Shown here: in pieces, positions 1 through 11,879 of the stretch
Position numbering within the stretch: position 1 is the stretch's first letter
Layout: every line of letters begins with the position of its first letter
Assembly: GCA_965219435.1 (NCBI GenBank)
Contig: OZ244743.1
Span: 1,289,903 to 1,353,902 of the forward strand
Length of the DNA: 64,000 nucleotides
Direction of reading: 5' to 3'
DNA from: Methylophagaceae bacterium
GTDB lineage: Bacteria; Pseudomonadota; Gammaproteobacteria; Nitrosococcales; Methylophagaceae
Translations under genes and position numbers: made by a program
The notes under the pieces: model-generated
What the model was told of the DNA's origin: nothing
The model's database searches: none
What the model saw: only the letters and a program-made list of their open reading frames with translations

Positions 1-70
1 AATCGACAAGATACAAAGCAAGAAATGAAGTATGTATAGCGAAAACTTAAGTATAACGCCACGTTTTTTT

Positions 71-80
71 GGGGTTATAT

Positions 81-87
<7 letters not shown>
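71..87 (+). other. 5' arm of the 23S rRNA processing stem (pairs with 2965..2981)
   Basis: ggggttatatggtcaag (71-87) is the exact reverse complement of cttgaccatataacccc (2965-2981). This 17-bp helix brackets the 23S sequence, like the RNase III processing stem of bacterial pre-rRNA. Confidence 0.8.
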
Positions 88-2972
<2,885 letters not shown>

Positions 2973-3064
2973 TATAACCCCAAGTAGATGTGGGGTTAGC
3001 GCGAACAACTTCATAGGACTTTATTACTTCCCAGATTATGTTAGTGAAAGCTAACAGCCAGATA

Positions 3065-3181
3065 TGCCTGGCGGCCATAGCGAGTTGGTCCCACCTGATC
3101 CCATCCCGAACTCAGAAGTGAAACGACTTAGCGCCGATGATAGTGTGGGAGTTCCCATGTGAAAGTAGGTCACTGCCAGGC
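3065..3181 (+). rRNA. rrf: 5S ribosomal RNA
   Basis: tgcctggcggccatagcgagttggtcccacctgatcccatcccgaactcagaagtgaaacg...gtaggtcactgccaggc is nearly colinear with enterobacterial 5S (tgcctggcggc...gaactcagaagtgaaacg...ctgccaggc). Confidence 0.95.
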
Positions 3182-3193
3182 TTTTTTATGAGA

Positions 3194-3228
3194 GACCCAG
3201 TGTGTTTGTTCGCACTGGGTCTTTTTTT
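3194..3228 (+). terminator. Rho-independent terminator of the rRNA operon
   Basis: Perfect 9-bp stem gacccagtg / cactgggtc with a 10-nt loop, followed by ttttttt, 13 nt after the 5S end. Confidence 0.85.
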
Positions 3229-3323
3229 GGCTGCATTTTAGGTAAAGCAGCACGTGCATCGGGCGAAATATAAAGCGGCGCGCTTGTTTGCTCGCTTTAG
3301 CTCATTAGATTACGTGACGGCTC

Positions 3324-4223
3324 TCAGGATTTAAGGTATTTTTTGATTGAGCTTAAAAATAGTGTGTTTATCAGACTTAAAAAAATGATTTTGATGAAGT
3401 CAAAACGACTAAGCCTCGGCCTTTTTAATAAATTTTCATCAGTTTGTGACTGTAATAAATACAAGGTAAAAGCTCCTGCCAAGGTAATGGACTTTACTTC
3501 CAATGCAAATCTGCCATCTAGACTAGTACCTAATTGATGCCCTTGATTAATTATTAGTGTACTACGCTTGTATAAGCTGCGCATCAAAGGTGCTATTTTT
3601 TGGCTGTTTTTTTCTATGAGATCAGATTCTTTTAAGCCTGTTGTCGATAATTCATCTTGTGGAATATATATTCTATTTTGCTCGGTATAGTCTTGCACTA
3701 TATCTTGATAAAAGTTGATTAATTGCAAGGCAGTACAAATAGCATCAGATTGGTCCAATTGCTTCTGACTTGGATGACCATTTAAATGAAGGAGCAAACG
3801 TCCCACAGGATTGGCTGAACGAGTACAGTAATCCAAGACTTCTTCAAAATTGGCGTAGCGGTTTTTGACCACATCTTGTTTGAATGCCGATAACAGATCG
3901 TTAAATAAATAAATGGGTAAGTTATGCTTTTTGATGACGTCAGTTAGGGCGATAAAGATTGGATCTGTACCCGAATAAGAATGGTTTTTTATTTCGGATA
4001 TAGCCTTGCTGTAAAGCTCTAATTGTTCAAGTCTATTTTCTTGTGGCAGATTACCTTCATCTGCAAAATCATCTGCGGTACGAGCAAAAGCATAGATAAC
4101 ACTGATCGGAAGCCTTAATTTTTGGGGAAGTAATATGGATGCTACAGGGAAGTTTTCATAATGACTTCGTGCCACATTCTGACAAAATTGATATGCACTC
4201 TCTAACTTAGCTTGTTTCATCAC
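3324..4223 (-). CDS. squalene/phytoene synthase family protein, HpnC-like
   Basis: 299-aa ORF. The N-terminus has HYENFPVASILLP. There are two Asp-rich motifs, YAFARTADDFADE and FYQDIVQDY, typical of head-to-head trans-isoprenyl diphosphate synthases. ENFPVAS is the signature I associate with HpnC. Confidence 0.7.
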   Translation of the reverse strand: MMKQAKLESAYQFCQNVARSHYENFPVASILLPQKLRLPISVIYAFARTADDFADEGNLPQENRLEQLELYSKAISEIKNHSYSGTDPIFIALTDVIKKHNLPIYLFNDLLSAFKQDVVKNRYANFEEVLDYCTRSANPVGRLLLHLNGHPSQKQLDQSDAICTALQLINFYQDIVQDYTEQNRIYIPQDELSTTGLKESDLIEKNSQKIAPLMRSLYKRSTLIINQGHQLGTSLDGRFALEVKSITLAGAFTLYLLQSQTDENLLKRPRLSRFDFIKIIFLSLINTLFLSSIKKYLKS

Positions 4224-5508
4224 TACTTTCTTTTAGCTTGCGTGTTTGTGTGTGAATTTCTGAAACGGGCATTATTTCTTCCTTAGTACGGATCCCCATA
4301 TCTATAAATCGTTTGCCACTTGGGATCACTTGTCGCTCGAATGAGCCAACTGTTTTATTAAAATGATCGACACTATTATTTAAGCTGGAACCTAATTTTG
4401 TGAGATGGCTAGTAAATACACTTAGCCGTTTATATAATGTTTCGCCAAGTTCACGGATCTCGCTAGCATTTTCAGCTAAAGCTTGCTGTTTCCAGCCATA
4501 GGATACGGCACGTAGTAGCGCGATAAAGTTTGTCGGGCTGGCTAATATAATATTATTTTTAATCGTGTCTTCTAAAAGAGAAGGTTCTATTTCCAAAGCG
4601 GCAGATAAGAAATGCTCGCCCGGAATAAATAGAATGACAAATTCAGGAGATTGTGAAAATTCAGCCCAGTAATTTTTAGCAGCCAATTCTTTTGCACGTT
4701 GACGAATGATTTGAGCGTGACGTTTGAGTTCTTTCTTACGCACATCTTCATCAGTTGTTTGAATAGCTGACAAATAGGCATCTAAAGGTGTTTTTGCATC
4801 GACAATAATTTCACGATTTTCAGGTAATCGCACAATCATATCAGGGCGAATACTGCCCGTTTCGGTGACGGTATGTGTTTGTTCAAAAAAGTCACAATGC
4901 GCCACCATGCCACTTAATTCGGCAAGACGACGCAACGTCATTTCGCCCCATTGGCCACGTACTTCTGGTCGACGTAAGGCTTGCACAAGATTTTGAGTTT
5001 CTGATTGTAATGCTTGTTGGCCTAATGCCATTTGTGAAATGGTGCTGCTTAAATTACCGTAAGATTCTTTACGTTCTTTTTCAATATCGTGAATCTGTTT
5101 AGCGGTTTGTAATAAAGCATCATTGATGGGCTTAACGAGTTGTTCAATTGCTTGTTCTTTACTGTGCAACTCTGCTTTGGCTTCGCTTTGATAACGTTTA
5201 AGATTTTCCTCGGCTAATTTGAGGAAATGCTCATTGTTTCGAGTTAATGCTTCGTTGGATAGTTGATTAAAGGTATTGGCGATTTGAACATGAGTTTGAT
5301 CTAAAATAGCATCGAATTGATCGCTAGCTTGCTGCTCTAAGGTGAGCTTCATTTTTAATTCAGCATTATCTGTTGCCAGAGATTTTATCTTTCGACCACA
5401 CAATATGTAGACAGTAACTGCACCAATAATGCCGCTAGAAATTAATAAAATCGGCAGGCCATTTTGCTGCTGTGAGAAATGTTGAATAAAACTAAAATCT
5501 ATAGCCAT
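4207..5508 (-). CDS. rmuC: DNA recombination protein RmuC
   Basis: 433-aa ORF with an N-terminal TM helix, a long coiled coil, then the RmuC nuclease-like core (QWGEMTLRRLAELSGM, VDAKTPL, FIPGE). Its stop overlaps the next gene's start by 17 nt. Confidence 0.9.
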   Translation of the reverse strand: MAIDFSFIQHFSQQQNGLPILLISSGIIGAVTVYILCGRKIKSLATDNAELKMKLTLEQQASDQFDAILDQTHVQIANTFNQLSNEALTRNNEHFLKLAEENLKRYQSEAKAELHSKEQAIEQLVKPINDALLQTAKQIHDIEKERKESYGNLSSTISQMALGQQALQSETQNLVQALRRPEVRGQWGEMTLRRLAELSGMVAHCDFFEQTHTVTETGSIRPDMIVRLPENREIIVDAKTPLDAYLSAIQTTDEDVRKKELKRHAQIIRQRAKELAAKNYWAEFSQSPEFVILFIPGEHFLSAALEIEPSLLEDTIKNNIILASPTNFIALLRAVSYGWKQQALAENASEIRELGETLYKRLSVFTSHLTKLGSSLNNSVDHFNKTVGSFERQVIPSGKRFIDMGIRTKEEIMPVSEIHTQTRKLKESSDETS

Positions 5509-6170
5509 TGTAAAATATCACGGGGATGCTCAATGCTGGTATCCGCTGACCAATTATCTGGGTTATCGTCATTACCGATATAACCATAAAGTGCCGCGAT
5601 AGTTTGCATATTGGCATTTTTACCTGCTTCAATATCACGAGCTGCATCGCCAATATAAAGACATTGTTCAGGTAAATGATTGATGACTTTGCAAGCGTAC
5701 AACATCGGAGCAGGGTGGGGTTTACTATAAGGTGTTGTGTCACCACTGATAATACATCCTGCACGGTGTGTTAAGTTTAATAGTTCTACAAGAGGGTCGG
5801 TCAAAAATGCCGGTTTATTCGTGACAATACCCCATGAAATACCTGCCTTTTCCAAAGCGCAAATAACTGCTTCCATGCCATCAAATAATCGCGTTTCTCG
5901 AGCAATATTATCTTGATAAAGTGTTATAAAACGTTGCTGAAGCGAGGAAAAATCATGATGTTCTGGTGAAATTCCAAATCCTAATTGTAAAAGACCTAGA
6001 CTGCCATTACTGGCAACGGGGCGAATAGTCTCATAGGGCAGCGTATCTAAACCTTCTTGTTCAAGTAATGTATTGAGCGCAAAAGCCAGATCAGGCGCAG
6101 TATCGACTAAAGTGCCATCAAGATCGAACAGAATGGCAGAAAATGGTCGCATGAAATAGTCTTCAGCCAT
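5499..6170 (-). CDS. HAD-IA hydrolase, phosphoglycolate phosphatase-like (Gph/MupP family)
   Basis: Carries the HAD motif I, ILFDLDGTLVDT, and a C-terminal GDAARDIEAGKNA. Start chosen at MAEDYF (6170) because it forms a TAATG overlap with the ubiG stop. The ORF track extends to 6191. Confidence 0.8.
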   Translation of the reverse strand: MAEDYFMRPFSAILFDLDGTLVDTAPDLAFALNTLLEQEGLDTLPYETIRPVASNGSLGLLQLGFGISPEHHDFSSLQQRFITLYQDNIARETRLFDGMEAVICALEKAGISWGIVTNKPAFLTDPLVELLNLTHRAGCIISGDTTPYSKPHPAPMLYACKVINHLPEQCLYIGDAARDIEAGKNANMQTIAALYGYIGNDDNPDNWSADTSIEHPRDILQWL

Positions 6171-6877
6171 TAGTCGCTTAATCTTCGGCAATGCATCAGA
6201 TAATTTACCTTCACGTCGTCACCAAGTGAGTAGGTCTTGGTAAGAGGGTTATAACTCAAACCAATGATATGACTGACTTCTAATCCAGCTTGTCGGCACC
6301 AACTTGCCATTTCTGATGGACGAATAAAACGTTTATAGTCATGCGTGCCTTTTGGTAGCATGTTCATAATGTATTCTGCACCCACCACCGCGAATAAGTA
6401 GGCTTTTGGATGTCGGTTCAAGGTTGAAAAGAATACATCGCCACCCGGTTTAACTAATTGAGCACAGGCTTGAATGACGGATACAGGATCGGGTACATGT
6501 TCCAACATTTCCATACATGTCACCACATCAAACTCACCGGCTGATTGTTGTGCTTTTTCTTCAGCAGTTATTTGTTGGTAGTCAATAGTTAAAGCCGCTT
6601 CGAGAGCATGTAACTTGGCGATATTGAGTGGCATTTCACCCATATCAATACCCGTCGTTATTGCTTCATTTTTGGCGAGTGCTTCCGATAGAATGCCGCC
6701 GCCACAGCCAACATCAATAACATGTTTCTTTTCAAGACTACATTTTGTTTTTATATAAGCTAAACGCAAGGGGTTAATTTCATGCAAGGGTTTTGATTGC
6801 CCCTCGGTATCCCACCAACTGCTAGCTAAGGCGTCAAATTTAGCGACTTCATTTGGATCATAATTTGTGTGTGTCAT
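6170..6877 (-). CDS. ubiG: bifunctional 3-demethylubiquinol / 2-polyprenyl-6-hydroxyphenol O-methyltransferase
   Basis: 235 aa. [14 protein letters not shown] and INPLRLAYI match the UbiG N-terminus. SAM motif [13 protein letters not shown]. 4-nt overlap with the upstream mtaD. Confidence 0.9.
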   Translation of the reverse strand: MTHTNYDPNEVAKFDALASSWWDTEGQSKPLHEINPLRLAYIKTKCSLEKKHVIDVGCGGGILSEALAKNEAITTGIDMGEMPLNIAKLHALEAALTIDYQQITAEEKAQQSAGEFDVVTCMEMLEHVPDPVSVIQACAQLVKPGGDVFFSTLNRHPKAYLFAVVGAEYIMNMLPKGTHDYKRFIRPSEMASWCRQAGLEVSHIIGLSYNPLTKTYSLGDDVKVNYLMHCRRLSD

Positions 6878-8196
6878 TTATCTGCTTGCCTAATTTTATT
6901 GGCCCAATCATGCGTAGTTTGGATTATTTTTGTCTTATTTAAGGTAGTGAGCTGGCGACTTTTTAATAATTGCACGCCATCAACCCAGACATCGCTCACT
7001 TTATCCCGCCCCGTTGCGTAAATTAGTTGCGACACCACATCATAATAGGGCTGTGATTCTATGCTGCTCAAATCTACTGCGATAATATCGGCGGCTTTGC
7101 CCACCTCAAGTGAGCCTGTTATGGCATCAATTCCCAATGATTTTGCCGCATTGATCGTCGCCATTTCTAATGCGGTATGAGCAGGAATGGCACTAGCATC
7201 ATGTGCGACACCTTTGGCAAGTAACGCCGTTTGACGTATTTCGGCAAACATATCTAAATCATTATTCGATGCGGCACCATCTGTACCAATAGTTACGTTG
7301 ATGCCTTGTTGTACCAATTGATTAACCGGACAAAAGCCACTCGCTAATTTGAGGTTAGATTCTGGGCAGTGAGCAATATGAACGCCCGCTTCAGCACACC
7401 AACTTATTTCCTGTTCGTTCAATTGTGTCATATGAACTGCAATTAATCGTGGTGATAATAAACCAAGGTTTTTTAATCGTTCTAATGGTCGCACACCATA
7501 CTGCTCAACACTTTGCGCGACCTCATCGGCTGTTTCATGAATATGCATATGAATTGGTAAGTCTAATTCTTCAGCATTCATAATGATGGATTCTAAGGTG
7601 CTATCTGCAACGGTATAAGGCGCATGGGGTGCATAAGCGGTCGATATACGAGGATGATGACGATAATGATCGTGCAGTCGCTGACCTTTGTAGAGATATT
7701 CTTCAACCGTACTTGCCCACGCAGAGGGGAATTCAATAACAACCATTCCTAATGTTGCGCGAATGCCACTTTGATCAACTACGCGTGCGGTTGCATCAGG
7801 GAAAAAATACATATCATTAAAACAGGTCGTACCACCGCGAATCATTTCGGCGATAGCCAGTTCAGAGCCTGCTTCAACAAATGCATCGCTTACCCAGCGT
7901 TTTTCGGCTGGCCAAATATGATCATTTAACCATGTCATAAGCGGTAAATCATCAGCCAAACCACGTAATAACGACATTGCGGAATGGGCATGATTATTAA
8001 TCAAACCAGGCATAATGCAGTGCTCAGTCATTTCGTGCGTCGCCGCCGCCATATATTTCTGCTTTGCCTGTTGCTGTGGAATTAACGCTACAATACGCCC
8101 TTCGTTTATGACCACCGCATGGTGTTCTAAAACCTGATGAGAGGGATTGACGGGTACAATCCAGCGGGCATTTATAATAAGATCAATATTTTTCAT
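6874..8196 (-). CDS. mtaD: 5-methylthioadenosine/S-adenosylhomocysteine deaminase (amidohydrolase superfamily)
   Basis: Amidohydrolase metal motif NNHAHSAMS, plus HMHIHET and GTDGAASNN. Start placed at [16 protein letters not shown] (8196) by typical N-terminal length. The ORF remains open to 8232. Confidence 0.8.
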   Translation of the reverse strand: MKNIDLIINARWIVPVNPSHQVLEHHAVVINEGRIVALIPQQQAKQKYMAAATHEMTEHCIMPGLINNHAHSAMSLLRGLADDLPLMTWLNDHIWPAEKRWVSDAFVEAGSELAIAEMIRGGTTCFNDMYFFPDATARVVDQSGIRATLGMVVIEFPSAWASTVEEYLYKGQRLHDHYRHHPRISTAYAPHAPYTVADSTLESIIMNAEELDLPIHMHIHETADEVAQSVEQYGVRPLERLKNLGLLSPRLIAVHMTQLNEQEISWCAEAGVHIAHCPESNLKLASGFCPVNQLVQQGINVTIGTDGAASNNDLDMFAEIRQTALLAKGVAHDASAIPAHTALEMATINAAKSLGIDAITGSLEVGKAADIIAVDLSSIESQPYYDVVSQLIYATGRDKVSDVWVDGVQLLKSRQLTTLNKTKIIQTTHDWANKIRQADK

Positions 8197-8225
8197 GACT
8201 AAGATTATACCGTCATACACAGGAG

Positions 8226-9278
8226 ATGACATTGGATAAAAATAAGACGCCGATTCAGCCGATTATTTGGCGAGATAACGCACTCTTTTTATTGGATCAA
8301 AGGCGATTACCAGCAGAACAATTATGGTTGGAATATGATCACCCCAATGATGTTGCAAAAGCAATAAAAGACATGGTCGTTCGAGGTGCACCTGCCATTG
8401 GTATTACTGCTGCCTTTGGTGTTGTGTTGGCTGCACGTCAGGCATGGAATGTTGCGGCGGTAAATTGGAAACAAGCGATGACTGCACCCCTAGCACGATT
8501 GGTAGAATCTCGTCCGACCGCGGTTAATTTACATTGGGCAATACATCGGATGACACTTTTATATGAAACTTTGCCAGATAATGAATCGGCAGAGCTGGTT
8601 TTATTAAAAGAAGCGCAGGCGATTCACGCGGAAGATATTGATGCGAATCATGTGATGGGGAAACTGGGTGCTGATCTTATTGCACCAAACAGCCAGGTTT
8701 TAACTCACTGTAATGCTGGCGCGTTGGCAACAGGAGGCTTTGGTACCGCATTGGGCGTTATTCGTCAGGGCTATGCCGAAGGTAAAATTGTGCATGTTTA
8801 TGCGGATGAAACTCGACCTTGGTTACAAGGTTCTCGGCTCACTGCATGGGAGTTACAACAAGATAATATCCCCGTTACCTTGCAAGCTGAAGGTGCCGCA
8901 GCAGCCTTAATGGCAACGGGAAAACTTGGTTGGGTAATTGTGGGTGCGGATCGTATTACGGCTAATGGTGATGTTGCGAATAAAATTGGTACCTACATGT
9001 TGGCTATATTAGCCAAATACCATGGTGTTAAAATGATGGTTGTCGCCCCGACATCTACCATTGATTGGCAATTGCATGATGGTGATGAAATTCCTATCGA
9101 ACAACGACCAGAATATGAAGTAACGATGATCAGTGGACAACAACTCGCACCAGAAGGTGTTGCGGCATTGAACCCTGCCTTTGATGTGACTCCAGCGAGT
9201 TTAATTGATGCCATCGTGACCGAAGCCGGTGTTATCCTATCGCCATCGAAAGAAAAAATGTTAAAAATAAAGGAGTAA
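8226..9278 (+). CDS. mtnA: S-methyl-5-thioribose-1-phosphate isomerase
   Basis: 350 aa. LLDQRRLP, VRGAPAIGITAAFG, THCNAGALAT and GADRITANGDVANKIGTY are hallmarks of the eIF-2B-like MtnA family. Confidence 0.9.
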   Translation: MTLDKNKTPIQPIIWRDNALFLLDQRRLPAEQLWLEYDHPNDVAKAIKDMVVRGAPAIGITAAFGVVLAARQAWNVAAVNWKQAMTAPLARLVESRPTAVNLHWAIHRMTLLYETLPDNESAELVLLKEAQAIHAEDIDANHVMGKLGADLIAPNSQVLTHCNAGALATGGFGTALGVIRQGYAEGKIVHVYADETRPWLQGSRLTAWELQQDNIPVTLQAEGAAAALMATGKLGWVIVGADRITANGDVANKIGTYMLAILAKYHGVKMMVVAPTSTIDWQLHDGDEIPIEQRPEYEVTMISGQQLAPEGVAALNPAFDVTPASLIDAIVTEAGVILSPSKEKMLKIKE

Positions 9279-9281
9279 ATC

Positions 9282-9956
9282 ATGACTAAAACAGCACTGG
9301 TCACAGGCAGTAACCGCGGCATTGGACTTGAGTTATGTACGCAACTAAAGCAACGTGGTTTTGATGTGATTGCGACCTGTCGCAAAACAACGCCAGCACT
9401 TGATGCTTTGGGTGTAGAGATTATCGAAAATATTGAAGTGAGCGAGCTCAAAAGTCTTAATACCTTGGCGACTCAATTAGCTGGCCGACACATTGACTGG
9501 CTAATTAATAATGCAGGTATTGCGAATGGTATTGCAATGGATGATCTGGATGACGATGCCGTTGCGAGTTGCAAACGTATGTTTGAAGTCAATAGTCTTG
9601 GTCCATTATTAACCACCCAAGCCTTAGTCAAAAATCTAGGCGAGGGCAGTAAAGTCAGCATTATTACTAGCCGTATGGGGTCGATTGCAGATAATGATTC
9701 TGGTGGCAGTTATGGTTATCGAATGTCTAAGACGGCTGTAAACGCGGCCGGTAAATCACTTTCAATTGATTTAAAACCACGAGGCATCGCCGTCGCTATT
9801 TTGCACCCAGGTTATGTACGCACCGATATGACCTCACATAATGGCTTAATTAATACCGATGAATCTGCCTCTGGTTTATTAGATAGAATGGCTGAATTAA
9901 ATCTCGAAAATACGGGCTCGTTTTGGCATACCAATGGTGACTTATTGCCTTGGTAA
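9282..9956 (+). CDS. short-chain dehydrogenase/reductase (SDR), substrate unknown
   Basis: TGSNRGIGLE (cofactor-binding TGxxxGIG), NNAG, and the catalytic YRMSK (YxxxK). Starts 3 nt after the mtnA stop. Confidence 0.85.
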   Translation: MTKTALVTGSNRGIGLELCTQLKQRGFDVIATCRKTTPALDALGVEIIENIEVSELKSLNTLATQLAGRHIDWLINNAGIANGIAMDDLDDDAVASCKRMFEVNSLGPLLTTQALVKNLGEGSKVSIITSRMGSIADNDSGGSYGYRMSKTAVNAAGKSLSIDLKPRGIAVAILHPGYVRTDMTSHNGLINTDESASGLLDRMAELNLENTGSFWHTNGDLLPW

Positions 9957-10837
9957 AGTACCCCGGCTTAACGTCATTGCAACAACAGGACTTGCCTGCG
10001 CTCATTCAACCGGCAAGTCCTATTTCTGCCAAATTTGAAGATAGTACGCATCTACTCTGGCTGTGTGAAACCGTTGATGGCCTGATGGTGCTCAAAGTGT
10101 GTAATCATAAAACCATTCAAAACTCGATGTTTTGGTTGGGTATGAATCAGTTATTTGAGATTAATTTCCCTGCTTCGTTAGCGCATATCAACAAGACGCA
10201 TCACTTTGTGACTCAACAGAGTGAGCTTCAGAGCCCAGAGTTTATCGCCTCCGAAGCGTCTGTCTTTGTTCTGTCACGATACCTTGACGGCGATCATGTT
10301 GATTTTGAATATATATCTGATGATATGGTGATTCAATTAGCTAGACACTTAGCTAAACTTCATCAGAGTAAACACTCACACTGGGGAGCATTTCACCACG
10401 CTGAATTTTCAAATATACACTGGCCTAGACGATTACAAGATAGTTTAATAAAACTAGCTGAAGCGCATTCAATTACGATTCCTGAAGACATTCTCGAACA
10501 GGCTTTGCAACAGGCGGCTAAATTAGAACTTGATACTTTTGTGCCGATTATGCTCGATTTACGTTGGGATCAAATGTTACATCAACAAGGCCAATTGTCA
10601 GCTATCGTCGATATGGATGCCTTTGTAATAGGACCGAGAGAAGTAGAATTGGTTTTGCTGGAATATCAGTTGAACCAACATCAGGCTAATATTTTTGCTC
10701 AAGCTTATCGAGTCATCACTGACTGGCCTGATTTAAGCCAACACCGATTCAGTTATCGCTTATTATTATTTTTGATGAATAGTTTGGGTGAAACCGATAT
10801 GAAAAAATGGCTGAATGCCCCTATTCGATGGCCGTAA
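9950..10837 (+). CDS. aminoglycoside phosphotransferase/choline-kinase-fold protein, divergent, substrate unknown
   Basis: 295 aa from a TTG start that overlaps the SDR stop by 7 nt. VLKV is a beta3-Lys-like segment. IMLDLRWDQML sits in place of HGDxxxxN. IVDMDAF sits in place of the IDWE/DFG metal-binding Asp. Assignment is by motif resemblance only, and the start is uncertain. Confidence 0.55.
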   Translation: MVKYPGLTSLQQQDLPALIQPASPISAKFEDSTHLLWLCETVDGLMVLKVCNHKTIQNSMFWLGMNQLFEINFPASLAHINKTHHFVTQQSELQSPEFIASEASVFVLSRYLDGDHVDFEYISDDMVIQLARHLAKLHQSKHSHWGAFHHAEFSNIHWPRRLQDSLIKLAEAHSITIPEDILEQALQQAAKLELDTFVPIMLDLRWDQMLHQQGQLSAIVDMDAFVIGPREVELVLLEYQLNQHQANIFAQAYRVITDWPDLSQHRFSYRLLLFLMNSLGETDMKKWLNAPIRWP

Positions 10838-10916
10838 AGGTTTATCTTATAGCCATGTGCATGGTCACGATTTTAGTTAGAATAACGACTTAACTTTTTG
10901 GGGATACCGATAACGC

Positions 10917-11324
10917 ATGCTCTTAAATATTACCGATCCCGCCATTATGTTTTCAGGTATTTCACTGTTATTTTTGGCTTACACCAACCGATATTTAGCG
11001 TTGTCCAGTATCGTACGAACGCTCAATAACGAACTCAAACAAGATGATGGAAAGAACCGTGTCGATCAGATTCGAAACCTTCATTTACGCATCATTCTGA
11101 TTAAATATATGCAGGCGTTTGGCGTGTTATCTTTTATGTTTTGCGTATTTGCGATGCTGATGTTGTTTTGGGAAGAGCAGGGGGTGGGAGAGATGCTTTT
11201 TATATCGAGCTTAGTGACTATGATGATCTCCTTAGTACTCTCTTTAATAGAAATTCTAATGTCGGGACAATCATTAAAAATAGAATTGGATACAACAAAC
11301 GTGGGTGATCTCTGGGATAAATAA
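10917..11324 (+). CDS. small membrane protein (DUF2721-like)
   Basis: 135 aa with three predicted hydrophobic helices. GISLLFLAYTNRY resembles the DUF2721 N-terminal helix as I remember it. Confidence 0.5.
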   Translation: MLLNITDPAIMFSGISLLFLAYTNRYLALSSIVRTLNNELKQDDGKNRVDQIRNLHLRIILIKYMQAFGVLSFMFCVFAMLMLFWEEQGVGEMLFISSLVTMMISLVLSLIEILMSGQSLKIELDTTNVGDLWDK

Positions 11325-11346
11325 ACGATGAAAATCGAGTATGGGT

Positions 11347-11724
11347 TTAATTTAAGTCGGCCGCGTATTGTTTTAATAATGCCAAAGGCACAATATCTAA
11401 AGCTTTGATATGTGTTTTTTTCAGATACACGCGCGGTGCCATTTTATTTTCTTCGGCTTCTAACCAACGCGCCGCACATAGACACCACATGTCACCCGGC
11501 TTCAATCCAGGAAAATTAAATTGTGGAATTGGCGTAGATAAGTCATTACCTCTAAACCGGGAGTATTCTAAAAATTCTTTTGATGTTTCGACACAAACGG
11601 TATGAGAACCAATATCATCTTTACTCGTGTTGCAGCAATTATCCCGAAAAAATCCAGTAACAGGATTGCCGTCAGACTCTTCCAGTTTTTCACCAAACAC
11701 ATTGAGTGATTCATCCATTTCCAT
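11347..11724 (-). CDS. DUF2237 family protein
   Basis: LNVFGEKLE..PVTGFFRDNCCNT...GSHTVC...GDMWCLCAARW matches the conserved Cys-rich DUF2237 pattern. Family members are about 120 aa, so the start is placed at MEMDESL (11724). The ORF track extends to 11838. Confidence 0.6.
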   Translation of the reverse strand: MEMDESLNVFGEKLEESDGNPVTGFFRDNCCNTSKDDIGSHTVCVETSKEFLEYSRFRGNDLSTPIPQFNFPGLKPGDMWCLCAARWLEAEENKMAPRVYLKKTHIKALDIVPLALLKQYAADLN

Positions 11725-11879
11725 AACTTCATTACCTTTTATCGTTGTACTAACAAGTGTTCTGAACAAAACCAATAATATAAGTTTATCAGGCGAAGTA
11801 CTACAAATACCATCAAATGATCTCGCTTTGGAATTCAAATCACTTTACCTTTTAGTGAGCGAGTGAAAAGGCATAGCTA

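Noticed and set aside
3182-3323. Looked for tRNA genes downstream of 5S and elsewhere in the window, and for tmRNA, SRP RNA and 6S RNA signatures.
   Set aside because: I saw no T-loop/acceptor pattern (GGTTCGAATCC-like with a matching acceptor stem) and no conserved SRP or tmRNA blocks. The only RNA genes found are 23S, 5S and rnpB, plus the TPP riboswitch.
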